A stretch of DNA of 64,000 nucleotides from an uncultured Candidatus Saccharibacteria bacterium (lineage in GTDB: Bacteria; Patescibacteriota; Minisyncoccia; Phycocordibacterales; DATGWK01). Location: assembly GCA_964428845.1 (NCBI GenBank), contig CAYRZH010000001.1, positions 204,445-268,444 of the forward strand. The letters are read 5' to 3'. The translations under genes and the position numbers were made by a program. Below, one piece after another: positions 46,887-56,545 of this stretch (positions are counted from its first letter, which is position 1; the number at the start of each line of letters is the position of its first letter). A model generated the notes under the pieces. It did no database searches. It was not told where the DNA came from and saw only the letters and a program-made list of their open reading frames with translations.

Positions 46887-48331
46887 AGTCTAAAAAATTT
46901 TATATAACTACCACGCTGCCGTACGTGAATGCCGACCCGCATATCGGATTTGCTTTGGAAATTGTTCAGGCCGATGTTCTGGCACGTTACCACGCACTTA
47001 TGGGAGAAGAAGTTTTTTTCAATACTGGTACGGACGAGCACGGTTTAAAGATTTATCGCAAAGCTATAGAAACAGGCAAAGATCCCCAAAGTTACACAGA
47101 CGAGTATGCAGAGAAATTCAGATCGCTTAAAGAAAAATTGAATCTGTATCCTGGTTTGCACTTTATTCGCACGACAGACCCACACCACAAGAGTGCCGCC
47201 GCAGAGTTTTGGAGGCGCTGTAAGAACAACGGAGACATTTACAAGAAGAATTATAAAATAAAATACTGTGTTGGTTGCGAGCTAGAAAAAACAGAATCGG
47301 ATCTTCTGGAAGGCAAATGTCCAATCCATCCGAGCCTAAAGATTGAAATTATTGAAGAGGAAAATTATTTTTTCCGCTGGTCGAAGTATCGTGACGCTCT
47401 CTTGAAAATGTATGCCGATAGACCAGATTTTGTAGTGCCGCACTTTCGGTTCAATGAGATCAAAGCTTTCATCGAACGTGGTCTTGAAGATTTCAGCATC
47501 TCTCGCCTGAAAGAGAAAATGCCTTGGGGTGTCTCTGTGCCCGATGATCCTGATCACGTTATGTACGTATGGTTCGACGCCCTCGTGAACTATATTTCCG
47601 TGCTCGGCTGGCCAGAGGACGAAGTAAATTTTGAAAAGTTTTGGGGGACGATCAAGTCGCCTGTGGCTCTTCAGGTGGCCGGCAAAGACAACCTCCGCCA
47701 GCAGTCAGCCATGTGGCAAGCCATGCTTATGTCTGCTGGGTTACCGACATCTCGACAGATTGTCATCCATGGCTTCATCACGAGCGGGGGACAGAAGATG
47801 AGCAAATCCCTAGGCAATGTCATCGACCCATACGAGATCGTAGATGAGTACGGCATCGACGCTCTGCGATATTTTCTGATGCGTCATGTCCACCCTTTCG
47901 AGGATAGCGATTTTACTATCGCTCGCTTTAGAGAGGCATATAATGCCGATTTGGCCAACGGGCTAGGGAATCTTGTGGCTCGTATTACCACCCTTGCCGA
48001 AACCAATCTACCGAAGCCGATCAAACCGCCGAAGGAGGGTAAATTTGAGAAAGAATACACAATGGCTTTGGAGTCATATAAATACGACCAGGCTCTCGAT
48101 TTTGTTTGGAGGAAAATCCAGGCTCTAGATCAGAAAATAAATGAAACGGAACCTTTTAAACTTGTAAAAAGAGATTTGGAGGCTGGCCGCAAGTTGATTA
48201 TCGAGCTTGCAGAAGAACTCTATGGGGTAGCCTGTATCTTGATGCCATTTATTCCGGCCACGGGGGAGATTATAAAGAAAACAATATTAGAAAACAAAAA
48301 ACCGGGAACTCTTTTCCCTCGCAAGGATTAA
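46883..48331 (+). CDS. metG: Methionyl-tRNA synthetase (short form)
   Basis: PYVNADPHIGF (HIGH) and KMSKSLGN motifs; CxxC-x-CxxC knuckle. Confidence 0.9.
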   Translation: MKSKKFYITTTLPYVNADPHIGFALEIVQADVLARYHALMGEEVFFNTGTDEHGLKIYRKAIETGKDPQSYTDEYAEKFRSLKEKLNLYPGLHFIRTTDPHHKSAAAEFWRRCKNNGDIYKKNYKIKYCVGCELEKTESDLLEGKCPIHPSLKIEIIEEENYFFRWSKYRDALLKMYADRPDFVVPHFRFNEIKAFIERGLEDFSISRLKEKMPWGVSVPDDPDHVMYVWFDALVNYISVLGWPEDEVNFEKFWGTIKSPVALQVAGKDNLRQQSAMWQAMLMSAGLPTSRQIVIHGFITSGGQKMSKSLGNVIDPYEIVDEYGIDALRYFLMRHVHPFEDSDFTIARFREAYNADLANGLGNLVARITTLAETNLPKPIKPPKEGKFEKEYTMALESYKYDQALDFVWRKIQALDQKINETEPFKLVKRDLEAGRKLIIELAEELYGVACILMPFIPATGEIIKKTILENKKPGTLFPRKD

Positions 48332-48400
48332 GTTTTTCGATTGCCTGGTTTTGTCCACTGCCCCGCCTCGTTGGCGCCAAAAAATTATCAAATAAAAACC

Positions 48401-49246
48401 ATGCCAGATTTCATTGATATCCACTCCCATCTGAACTTCGATAACTATGCCGCCGACTATGATGCCGTGGTGGCACGCCTCAAGGCGACAAACACCTGGA
48501 CTATCACGGTAGGTACGGACTACGAGAGTTCTCTTCGTGCCTGTGAAATCTCCGAAAAATTACCAGAATCATTTGCCTCTGTTGGTCTCCACCCCAACGA
48601 TACAGGGTCGGCCGAAACAACCTCCAACGACGCAACTTCCAGTAACACAGCTTCTAACCCTGAATCCCACCAAACTTTTGACGAAGAGAAATTCGCCACT
48701 CTTCTGTCTCGACCCAAGGTCGTGGCAGTGGGGGAGTGTGGGCTCGATTATTCTCGTATAGAAGGTGCCGATACTTCAATAAAAAACCAACAAAAAGAAA
48801 TCTTTGAAAAGCATATTGATCTTGCCTTGAGGCACGACAAGCCACTTATGATTCATTGCCGCGACGCTTACGATGATCTTCTAGAAATAATTTCCTATCA
48901 CAGAAGATCGGCGGGCGACAAACTTCGCGGCAACGTTCACTTTTTTGCTGGCACAGTAGAGATTGCTGAAAAATTTCTTGATCTTGGATTTACACTTTCT
49001 TTTACCGGCGTTGTTACCTTTGCTAGAAATTACGATGAGGTAATCCGCTTCGCCCCTCTGGAGATGATAATGTCTGAAACAGACGCCCCATTTGTTTCTC
49101 CGGTACCGTACCGTGGTAAAAGAAATGAACCTTCTTATGTTATTGAGATTGTAAAAGCCATCGCAGACATAAGAAACGAACCATTAGAAAAAGTAAAAAA
49201 AGCCTTTGTTTCTAATGCTTTTAGGGTTTTTGGTCTAAAAAAATGA
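48401..49246 (+). CDS. tatD: TatD-family metal-dependent hydrolase with a Ser/Thr-rich insert
   Basis: IDIHSHL, GECGLDY, HCRDAY motifs. Confidence 0.8.
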   Translation: MPDFIDIHSHLNFDNYAADYDAVVARLKATNTWTITVGTDYESSLRACEISEKLPESFASVGLHPNDTGSAETTSNDATSSNTASNPESHQTFDEEKFATLLSRPKVVAVGECGLDYSRIEGADTSIKNQQKEIFEKHIDLALRHDKPLMIHCRDAYDDLLEIISYHRRSAGDKLRGNVHFFAGTVEIAEKFLDLGFTLSFTGVVTFARNYDEVIRFAPLEMIMSETDAPFVSPVPYRGKRNEPSYVIEIVKAIADIRNEPLEKVKKAFVSNAFRVFGLKK

Positions 49247-49404
49247 AGCGGACGCAATCTGTTGCAAAGGGCTTTTATATGTGATAGTCTTTCAAAACTC
49301 GGGTTTAGTAATTCTTAATTTATTTTTTAACACCGACAAGTATATTGGTTTAGGATTTGATCAAACAAATGAAGGCAACCGAACACAAAGACACAGGAGA
49401 AAAA

Positions 49405-49875
49405 ATGCATGTATACGAAGTGGGTTATCTTGTGGTACCCAATCTCACCGAAGAGAAGGCTACTTCAGAAGCTTCCGCTATCCGTTCACTTGTTGAGGGG
49501 AATGGTGGTGTTGTCATCTCCGAAGAATTTCCTAAAATAAGGGATCTTGCATATTCCATGTCTAAAGTCGTCGAATCGGTAAAAACAAACTACAACCAAG
49601 CCTACTTTGGTTGGATCAAATTCGATTTGCCAGTTCTTAACTTGGCTAAAATTGAGTCACAGTTGCGAGAAAGCAAAAATATCCTTCGTCATCTCATTAT
49701 AAAGACTATCCGCGAAAACACTATTTTTTCTCCTCGCGTAGGGGAGTTGACGGTAAAAAGGCCAGACGAAGAAGCTCCAAAAGAGGGTCCAATTTCTCCA
49801 CCTGTGACTGAAGACAAGAAACCTGTCTCTCAAGATGAAATAGATAAAAGTATCGACGCATTAGTTATAAGTTAA
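49405..49875 (+). CDS. rpsF: 30S ribosomal protein S6 with C-terminal extension
   Basis: MHVYEVGYLVVPNLTEE matches the S6 N-terminus. AGGAGAAAAA SD. Confidence 0.8.
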   Translation: MHVYEVGYLVVPNLTEEKATSEASAIRSLVEGNGGVVISEEFPKIRDLAYSMSKVVESVKTNYNQAYFGWIKFDLPVLNLAKIESQLRESKNILRHLIIKTIRENTIFSPRVGELTVKRPDEEAPKEGPISPPVTEDKKPVSQDEIDKSIDALVIS

Positions 49876-49888
49876 ATCTCAAATAAAC

Positions 49889-50359
49889 ATGTATCTAAAC
49901 AAAGCTCTTATTATAGGAAATCTTACAAGAGATCCTGAAGTTAAATCGCTACCATCAGGGATTCAAGTTGCGACCTTCTCGGTTGCCACAAACCGTGTCT
50001 GGAAAGACAAAGCTGGGGCTAAACAAGAGAATACAGATTTTCATAACGTCGTAGTTTTCGGCCGCCAAGCAGAGATTGTTGGTCAGTATCTAAGAAAAGG
50101 GGCATCAGTGTTGGTCGAAGGTAGAATGCAGACGCGAAGTTGGGACGGACAGGATGGTGTCAAAAAGTATAGGACAGAGATTGTCGCCGATCGAGTCCAG
50201 TTTGGCCCTAGGCGCGATGGTGCCGCGGGAGGAGTAGGAGAAAGCGGCGCAGGAAAGTCTCCTTCCAAGAAAGGAAAGGAAAAAGTTGACAGTGCTGATA
50301 CGATTGATACTATAGAGTATCCTTCAGAAGAAATTAAGCCGGAAGACATCCCATTTTAA
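49889..50359 (+). CDS. ssb: Single-stranded DNA-binding protein
   Basis: OB fold plus acidic C-terminal tail ...EDIPF. Confidence 0.9.
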   Translation: MYLNKALIIGNLTRDPEVKSLPSGIQVATFSVATNRVWKDKAGAKQENTDFHNVVVFGRQAEIVGQYLRKGASVLVEGRMQTRSWDGQDGVKKYRTEIVADRVQFGPRRDGAAGGVGESGAGKSPSKKGKEKVDSADTIDTIEYPSEEIKPEDIPF

Positions 50360-50376
50360 GTTCAATTTCAAAAAGT

Positions 50377-50583
50377 ATGGAAAAAAAGCAGTGCTTCTTC
50401 ACCCAAAATAATATAAAACACATCGACTATAAGGATGTCGAAATTCTAAAGAAGTTTCTAAATCCTCACGGCCGAATGATCTCCCGAAAGAAAACGGGAG
50501 TGTGTTCCAAATCCCAGCGCCAGTTGGCTGTTGCTGTTAAACAAGCAAGGTTTCTAGGCCTTCTTCCATACGTCGCGAGGTAG
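50377..50583 (+). CDS. rpsR: 30S ribosomal protein S18
   Basis: CFFTQNNIKHIDYKDVEILKKFLNPHGRMISRKKTG. Confidence 0.85.
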   Translation: MEKKQCFFTQNNIKHIDYKDVEILKKFLNPHGRMISRKKTGVCSKSQRQLAVAVKQARFLGLLPYVAR

Positions 50584-50802
50584 GGTTTGTATATCTAACT
50601 TTGAGCTTGTAGGTCTTCGAATAGACACCGAGATGAAGTAGAGGAAGGTGTCGTCGGAGGGGGCTCTCGGAGGCCGCGTAGGCGGCCGAGAGGGAGCAAA
50701 AAGCCAGTAGGCTTTTATACGTACCCCGAAGATGATACCTTCCTCTATTTCGTTTAAAATATCCGTGCGAGGTGAGGTGGCCTATTCGAGTTCGAGGGTC
50801 TC

Positions 50803-51366
50803 TTAGCTAACTCTGTCAGTATACTCGCCGGTTTCTGTATTTATTCTTACTACGTCGCCTTCCTCTACGAACATCGGTACTAGGAGTGTCGCTCCCGTTT
50901 CAAGCTTTACTTGCTTATTGCCACCCTTAACGGTGTCACCACGGACAGCTGGATTGGCCTCGGTCACTTTCAAATCCACTTTTATCGGTAGTTTTACCCC
51001 AATAATTTTTTCATCAAATACCAGTGCCGGTATTACAGAGTTTGCTTTCACGAAACGCATCTGTTCGCCGAGCACGCTTTCTGCAAGCATGAACCGTTTA
51101 CTTGGATCTGAAGTCTCGCAAAACCAGAACTCGCCACGGTTTGTGTAGAGATATTTTATTTCCTTTGTGGAGATGTCGGCTTCTTCTACTTTATCGGACA
51201 CGTGAAACGAGATTTCAGATACTTTTCCTGTCACCAAATTCTTCAGCTTTACAGCATTAACAGGTTTCCGCTGTTGTTTTCTAAAAACGTGTGAGCTTAG
51301 AACCTCGTAAGGTTCTTTTTCGACGACAATATATTTCCGTTCTACAACTTCGTTATATTCGAGCAT
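50803..51366 (-). CDS. efp: Elongation factor P, with the modification loop KPGKG replaced by RKQQRKP
   Basis: Three-domain EF-P. Loop VFRKQQRKPVNAVKLKNLVTG versus E. coli [21 protein letters not shown]. Confidence 0.85.
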   Translation of the reverse strand: MLEYNEVVERKYIVVEKEPYEVLSSHVFRKQQRKPVNAVKLKNLVTGKVSEISFHVSDKVEEADISTKEIKYLYTNRGEFWFCETSDPSKRFMLAESVLGEQMRFVKANSVIPALVFDEKIIGVKLPIKVDLKVTEANPAVRGDTVKGGNKQVKLETGATLLVPMFVEEGDVVRINTETGEYTDRVS

Positions 51367-51390
51367 AGTAGGGATATACTAACCGAAGTC

Positions 51391-52407
51391 CTATATTTCA
51401 ACAAGTCTCTTTCGGATTTCTTTTAGTATGTCGTCGGCAACCTTCTTGTTTTCGTGTAAGTACTGTCGAGTGGCATCATAACCCCTGCCGAGCTTTGTCT
51501 CTCCGTGCGCGTACGAGGTTCCAGTCTTAGTTATAATCCCCATTTTTTCACCAAGGGCAATTATCTCACCCTCTTTCGAAATTCCTTCGTTGTACATGAG
51601 GTCAAACTCCGTTTGTCTGAAAGGCGCTGCTACCTTATTTTTTACAACTTTGGCTCTAATACGTGAACCCATAACCTCTTCACCTTTCTTTATTTGAGCA
51701 ATGCGGCGAATATCGATACGGACTGAAGTATAGAACTTCAGGGCTTTCCCGCCCGGGGTCGTTTCTGGATTACCAAACATCACCCCGATCTGCATGCGTA
51801 TCTGGTTTATGAAGATAATTATAGTTTTAGACTTGGCAACTATTCCAGTAAGCTTCCTTAGCGCTTGAGACATGAGTCGCGCTTGTTTGCCTACATGTTG
51901 AGCTCCCATATCGCCTTCTATCTCGTCCTTTGGTGTTAGGGCCGCTACCGAGTCGATAACAATGACGTCGATCTTGCCAGAACGAACCAGACTCTCAGTT
52001 ATCTCAAGAGCCTGTTCTCCAGTATCGGGTTGAGAGATAAGCAATTCTTCAATTTTTACCCCGAGTTTCTTGGAGTATTCTGGGTCCATGGCATGCTCTG
52101 CATCTATGTAGGCGCAGATGCCACCCTTTTTTTGAGCTTCAGCTACGACGTGGAGTGCTAACGTAGTTTTTCCAGAAGACTCCGGCCCAAATATTTCTAT
52201 AATTCTGCCGCGCGGCAAGCCACCGACCCCTAGGGCGGCATCAAGCCCAATCGATCCAGTCGGGATTACATCTACTCCCACCCGCGCCTTTTCACCCAGC
52301 TTCATGATGGCGTCTTCACCAAATTTCGTCTTTATCTGATCAATCGTGTCTTTTATATTTGCTCCCACTACTTTCGGCTCTTTCGGTTCTTTTGTTTTTT
52401 TATACAT
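51391..52407 (-). CDS. recA: Recombinase RecA
   Basis: GPESSGKTT Walker A; full-length conservation. Confidence 0.95.
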   Translation of the reverse strand: MYKKTKEPKEPKVVGANIKDTIDQIKTKFGEDAIMKLGEKARVGVDVIPTGSIGLDAALGVGGLPRGRIIEIFGPESSGKTTLALHVVAEAQKKGGICAYIDAEHAMDPEYSKKLGVKIEELLISQPDTGEQALEITESLVRSGKIDVIVIDSVAALTPKDEIEGDMGAQHVGKQARLMSQALRKLTGIVAKSKTIIIFINQIRMQIGVMFGNPETTPGGKALKFYTSVRIDIRRIAQIKKGEEVMGSRIRAKVVKNKVAAPFRQTEFDLMYNEGISKEGEIIALGEKMGIITKTGTSYAHGETKLGRGYDATRQYLHENKKVADDILKEIRKRLVEI

Positions 52408-52408
52408 T

Positions 52409-52774
52409 TTATTTTCTTACCAATTCATTCGGTTCTTTAAGGATTAATTCAACCAATCTTTCTTTTTCTCTGCCGAACTTGTCGTGAACTGAAATCTTAA
52501 ATATGTTGTAGCCAGAGGAAAGTATCACTTTTTCTTTAAACCACCCGGCTTCATCGACTGTGATTTGCCGGTCGTTCAGACTGATAAAAGAAATATTTTT
52601 GACTTTTCCCACTATTTCTACGACAGAGTTTTCGGTGGTAAAACCGCTTGTTGGCTCTTTGATCTCAAGCCCAGGACCATTTATAAGATTTCTGGACTCG
52701 TAAGCGGCATATCCACCGATTATAAAAAGCACCAGTGTCACTGTTATCGACCTTAGGACAATGCTACGTTTCAT
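52409..52774 (-). CDS. Small secreted/membrane-anchored hypothetical protein
   Basis: N-terminal TM/signal sequence; no recognisable motif. Confidence 0.35.
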   Translation of the reverse strand: MKRSIVLRSITVTLVLFIIGGYAAYESRNLINGPGLEIKEPTSGFTTENSVVEIVGKVKNISFISLNDRQITVDEAGWFKEKVILSSGYNIFKISVHDKFGREKERLVELILKEPNELVRK

Positions 52775-52799
52775 GGATAAATTATCTTTAAATTATATA

Positions 52800-55037
52800 T
52801 CAATTTTGGGTGTCTTGATCTTCACTCGTTGGAGCTTCCGTTGCGTAACCTTCACTGCCGATAACATCACGTGGTTTTGCCCCAGAACCGCCGCTTATCA
52901 CTCCACGTTCTTCGAGCATATCGATGAGTCGAGCCGCCCTGGCATATCCGATCCGAAGTTTTCTCTGCAGATATGAAGTAGATGCTTTTCCGGCTTTCAT
53001 TATTATTTCTCTGGCTTCTTCGTATAATTCATCATCAGCATCGTCGCCACCGTCCGCGCTGTCAAAGAACGAATCAGAACCAGCACTTTTGGATTCGGCT
53101 GTAACATCGATCTCTTGGGGTATCTCGTCCTTATAGCTATCCTTTAGAAACTTAACAACATTTTTTACTTCATTTTCTCCGATAAAGGCCGATTGGACTC
53201 GCTGTGGATTCGACATATCACCCGAGATATACAACATATCGCCGGCTCCGAGTAGTTTTTCTGCTCCTCCAGCATCTAAGATCGTTCTCGAGTCGATCTG
53301 GGATGCCACCTGGAAGGCAATTCTTGTTGGGATATTGGCCTTGATGATTCCTGTAATGACGTTTACCGATGGACGTTGGGTCGAAAGAACAAGGTGTATG
53401 CCGACAGCCCGGCTCATCTGGGCAAGTCTAATGATTCCAGCTTCTAGTTCGCGTGGATAGACCTGCATAATGTCAGCCAATTCATCAATAATGATTACGA
53501 TGTAGGGCATATTTTCGGGAGTGTTTTCGTCTTGTTCTGCATTCCTGGAGCCTTGTTTTTGGACTTTTGAAAGGGCCGGCTCGAGAATATTCTTGTGATA
53601 AGACTCGATATCTCTGACATGAGCCGCCTCTAGGATATCAAAGCGACGATCCATTTCCTTTGCCGCCCACTTCAAGGAAAGGATAGTCTTTTTAGGGTCA
53701 GTTATGACAGGAGTGAGAAGATGTGGAATCTGATTGTAGAGAGTTAGTTCCACTCTCTTTGGATCGATCATTATGAACTTAAGATTTTCGGGGGAGTTTC
53801 TGTACAAGAGTGAAGTAATGAGCGAGTGGATCGCCACCGATTTTCCGGAGCCAGTTGCTCCAGCGAGAAGGACATGAGGCATTTTGGCTATGTTTCCGAA
53901 ATGGGATTTACCAGAAACACCCTTCCCAAGCGTAATTAGAAGTGGCTTTTCTGATCTTGTGTATTCTTCGCTACTCAAGAGACTCCCGAGACCAACGACA
54001 GTCTTTACACTATTTGGAATTTCAATACCAACAAGTGATTTCCCTGGTATCGGAGCTTCAATGCGTATAGGATGAGCCGCGAGTGCCAACGACAAATCGT
54101 TTTGAAGCCCGACTATTCGAGAGAGTTTGACTCCCTCGGCTGGTTTGAGTGCATATCTGGTTACGGATGGCCCGATAGAAATTTCATCCATCTCGACATT
54201 GATACCGAAGTTCTGAAGTGTCCTTTTTATTATGTTCGAGTTGGCTTTTATGTCACCGACACCAGGTTTCCCTCTATCGAATTCCAGGAGGCTCAACGGC
54301 GGTGGAGTATAGGGCTTTTGGCTCGAAAATCTGAACAATGCACCCTTAGTCGATTTGCCTCTTTCTGTAGCGTCCATAGATGGATTCTCAACCACCCTTC
54401 GGTCGAAACTTTTAGCCGTGGCCTCCTCTGTAGTGGCTCCATTGTACGAGACGTCTGCACCAATGATCTTGCCGAGGTTGGTATTTTCAGTTCCCATGGC
54501 TCCCGCCTCGGCTACCAGTTTCTCCTTCTTTTTGAAAATCCTGGATACTGGTTTTAAGATGAATTGCAATCTAAGGGCCGAATCAAAAATCAAAAGAAAG
54601 GAAATTATGACGAGCCCGATTAAGATGATCACCGTGACTGGGGTATCAAATAGTTTTACAAGAGGAGCCGAGACGAAGGAGCCGACTATTCCACCCGCCT
54701 TTAGACTTATGTTGATAAGGCCCAACCCGGAAAAGAAAAAGATCAAGGCTCCAATTATCTGGGTCGCTGCCATACTCCTTTCTCTTGGTTTTAGAAATGA
54801 AATTCCTAAGACTATGAGAACCACTGGAAGTAGGAAGTAGCCCGTACCAACTAGATGCGAAAAGAAAGAGTAAAATTTCTCTCCAGCCCACCCAGCCTTC
54901 TTAAATGAGGCCAGAAATAGGAAGATTGCGATAATAAAAAACGCGATAGCCAAGACTCCTTCTCCAGTCTCGCGTTTTACACTTTTGAATACGTTTAGTT
55001 TTGAGGGTGGTTTATTCTTTCCGTTCTTGCGTGCCAT
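52800..55037 (-). CDS. ftsK: DNA translocase FtsK/SpoIIIE
   Basis: N-terminal TM domain, Walker A LLAGATGSGKSV, IIIDELADIM, C-terminal gamma (wHTH) domain. Confidence 0.9.
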   Translation of the reverse strand: MARKNGKNKPPSKLNVFKSVKRETGEGVLAIAFFIIAIFLFLASFKKAGWAGEKFYSFFSHLVGTGYFLLPVVLIVLGISFLKPRERSMAATQIIGALIFFFSGLGLINISLKAGGIVGSFVSAPLVKLFDTPVTVIILIGLVIISFLLIFDSALRLQFILKPVSRIFKKKEKLVAEAGAMGTENTNLGKIIGADVSYNGATTEEATAKSFDRRVVENPSMDATERGKSTKGALFRFSSQKPYTPPPLSLLEFDRGKPGVGDIKANSNIIKRTLQNFGINVEMDEISIGPSVTRYALKPAEGVKLSRIVGLQNDLSLALAAHPIRIEAPIPGKSLVGIEIPNSVKTVVGLGSLLSSEEYTRSEKPLLITLGKGVSGKSHFGNIAKMPHVLLAGATGSGKSVAIHSLITSLLYRNSPENLKFIMIDPKRVELTLYNQIPHLLTPVITDPKKTILSLKWAAKEMDRRFDILEAAHVRDIESYHKNILEPALSKVQKQGSRNAEQDENTPENMPYIVIIIDELADIMQVYPRELEAGIIRLAQMSRAVGIHLVLSTQRPSVNVITGIIKANIPTRIAFQVASQIDSRTILDAGGAEKLLGAGDMLYISGDMSNPQRVQSAFIGENEVKNVVKFLKDSYKDEIPQEIDVTAESKSAGSDSFFDSADGGDDADDELYEEAREIIMKAGKASTSYLQRKLRIGYARAARLIDMLEERGVISGGSGAKPRDVIGSEGYATEAPTSEDQDTQN

Positions 55038-55248
55038 ACGAAGAATAATAACACACAGGTTTTGCTGCCAGATTTGTTGATTATTCAAGGGTCCGAGGTA
55101 GGAGATACATGAAAACGAAAAAAGAATAAAGAAAGCAAAAAGAGAAGGTCTAAAAGGACACTTGATTTTTTGTCCTAAAAGGCATACACTTCCATAAAAG
55201 ACACATAAAGGACACTGTTTTGTCTTTAATTATAAAGGACAAAAAATC

Positions 55249-56061
55249 ATGAATGAATTTTCTCAAGGTGATTTGGATAATAGCAAGAATATCCTTAATA
55301 TAGAACATAAAAGTGCAGGTATGAATAATACAGAATCGCTAAAATTGTCCTATAAAAGAATCCGCGGGATAGTAACTGCGATCTACATGGTGACCAATTT
55401 CTTGCCAGAAAATGACCCTCTTCGCAAGTCGTTGAGAGGCCAGGCACTAAAGCTTTTGTCTTTTATAAACCTCTCGATATTTTCATCTCAAGCAAGTATT
55501 AGAGACGTCGTCCAAAACATTTATTCTTGCTCAAATGAGATTGTCTCGCTTCTAGAAATTGCTTTTTACTCTGGGTATATCTCCGAGATGAACTATCAAA
55601 TATTGCGAAGAGAGATGGATGCCTATACTGACGAATCAGGGCTATTTTATAAAACTGTAAAAAACAATCCGAGTTTGCCGGATCATCTAAAGGACATTTT
55701 TCGAGATCAGCAGGGGAATCAGTCCGGGGTTGATATAAAAGACAAAATCGACAAATATAAAGGACAAAAAAAGTCTCTGGCTAAACAGGTAGTTGGCTTG
55801 TCGAGCAGTGGACTGAAGGACAATATAAAAACTCTCCCAAGTCTCAATAAATCAAGCCCTGTATATGCAAAAAAGCAAAGCAGAAAGGACCAGATAATAT
55901 CAGTTCTGCAGAAAAAGGGTGAGATAACCATAAAGGACATATCTAGCAATATAGTTGATTGTAGCGAGAAAACGATTCAGCGTGAGCTCATTTCGATGGT
56001 GAAATCCGGTATTCTAAAAAGGAATGGGGAAAGGAGATGGAGCACATATTTGTTGGCCTAA
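55249..56061 (+). CDS. Hypothetical protein with C-terminal winged-helix (DeoR/HTH_11-like) domain
   Basis: ISVLQKKGEITIKDISSNIVDCSEKTIQRELISMVKSGILKR. Confidence 0.35.
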   Translation: MNEFSQGDLDNSKNILNIEHKSAGMNNTESLKLSYKRIRGIVTAIYMVTNFLPENDPLRKSLRGQALKLLSFINLSIFSSQASIRDVVQNIYSCSNEIVSLLEIAFYSGYISEMNYQILRREMDAYTDESGLFYKTVKNNPSLPDHLKDIFRDQQGNQSGVDIKDKIDKYKGQKKSLAKQVVGLSSSGLKDNIKTLPSLNKSSPVYAKKQSRKDQIISVLQKKGEITIKDISSNIVDCSEKTIQRELISMVKSGILKRNGERRWSTYLLA

Positions 56062-56545
56062 TCGTTAGCAAAGGTCTATACAACCAGATCAATTTGATCG
56101 AAAACTTACCGAAAAGTCTAATTTTTCAAAAAGCCAAAAAAAGCCAGGGTTATCCACAGATTTTCTTTGCGTCTAGATCTTGTAAGGGCTAGTATATACC
56201 CTAGGCACGGAGTGTTTTGCAATGCTTTTGCCTTGTGATATACTCTCGCCTATACCAGAGATTCTGGGTGTAAGAATATGGCCCTTTTGGCGTCATCATT
56301 CTTAGACCACTGTCCGAACTCAAGGACTTTGAAAATTAAATAGAGTTCAATTGTTTACTCTACTGTAACTCCTATTTCCTCAATTCATGTCAAGACTGAA
56401 TTCCATTAGTATTTGTCCTCTAGACTCACACATCTTGTGTCGATGAAAAAATATGAGGTGTGTGGGATTTAGGAAACGTCTGGAGAAATCCAGGCGATTG
56501 AAATTTATTATTAGTTTATTTATTAGAATAGAAATTTACCAATTT

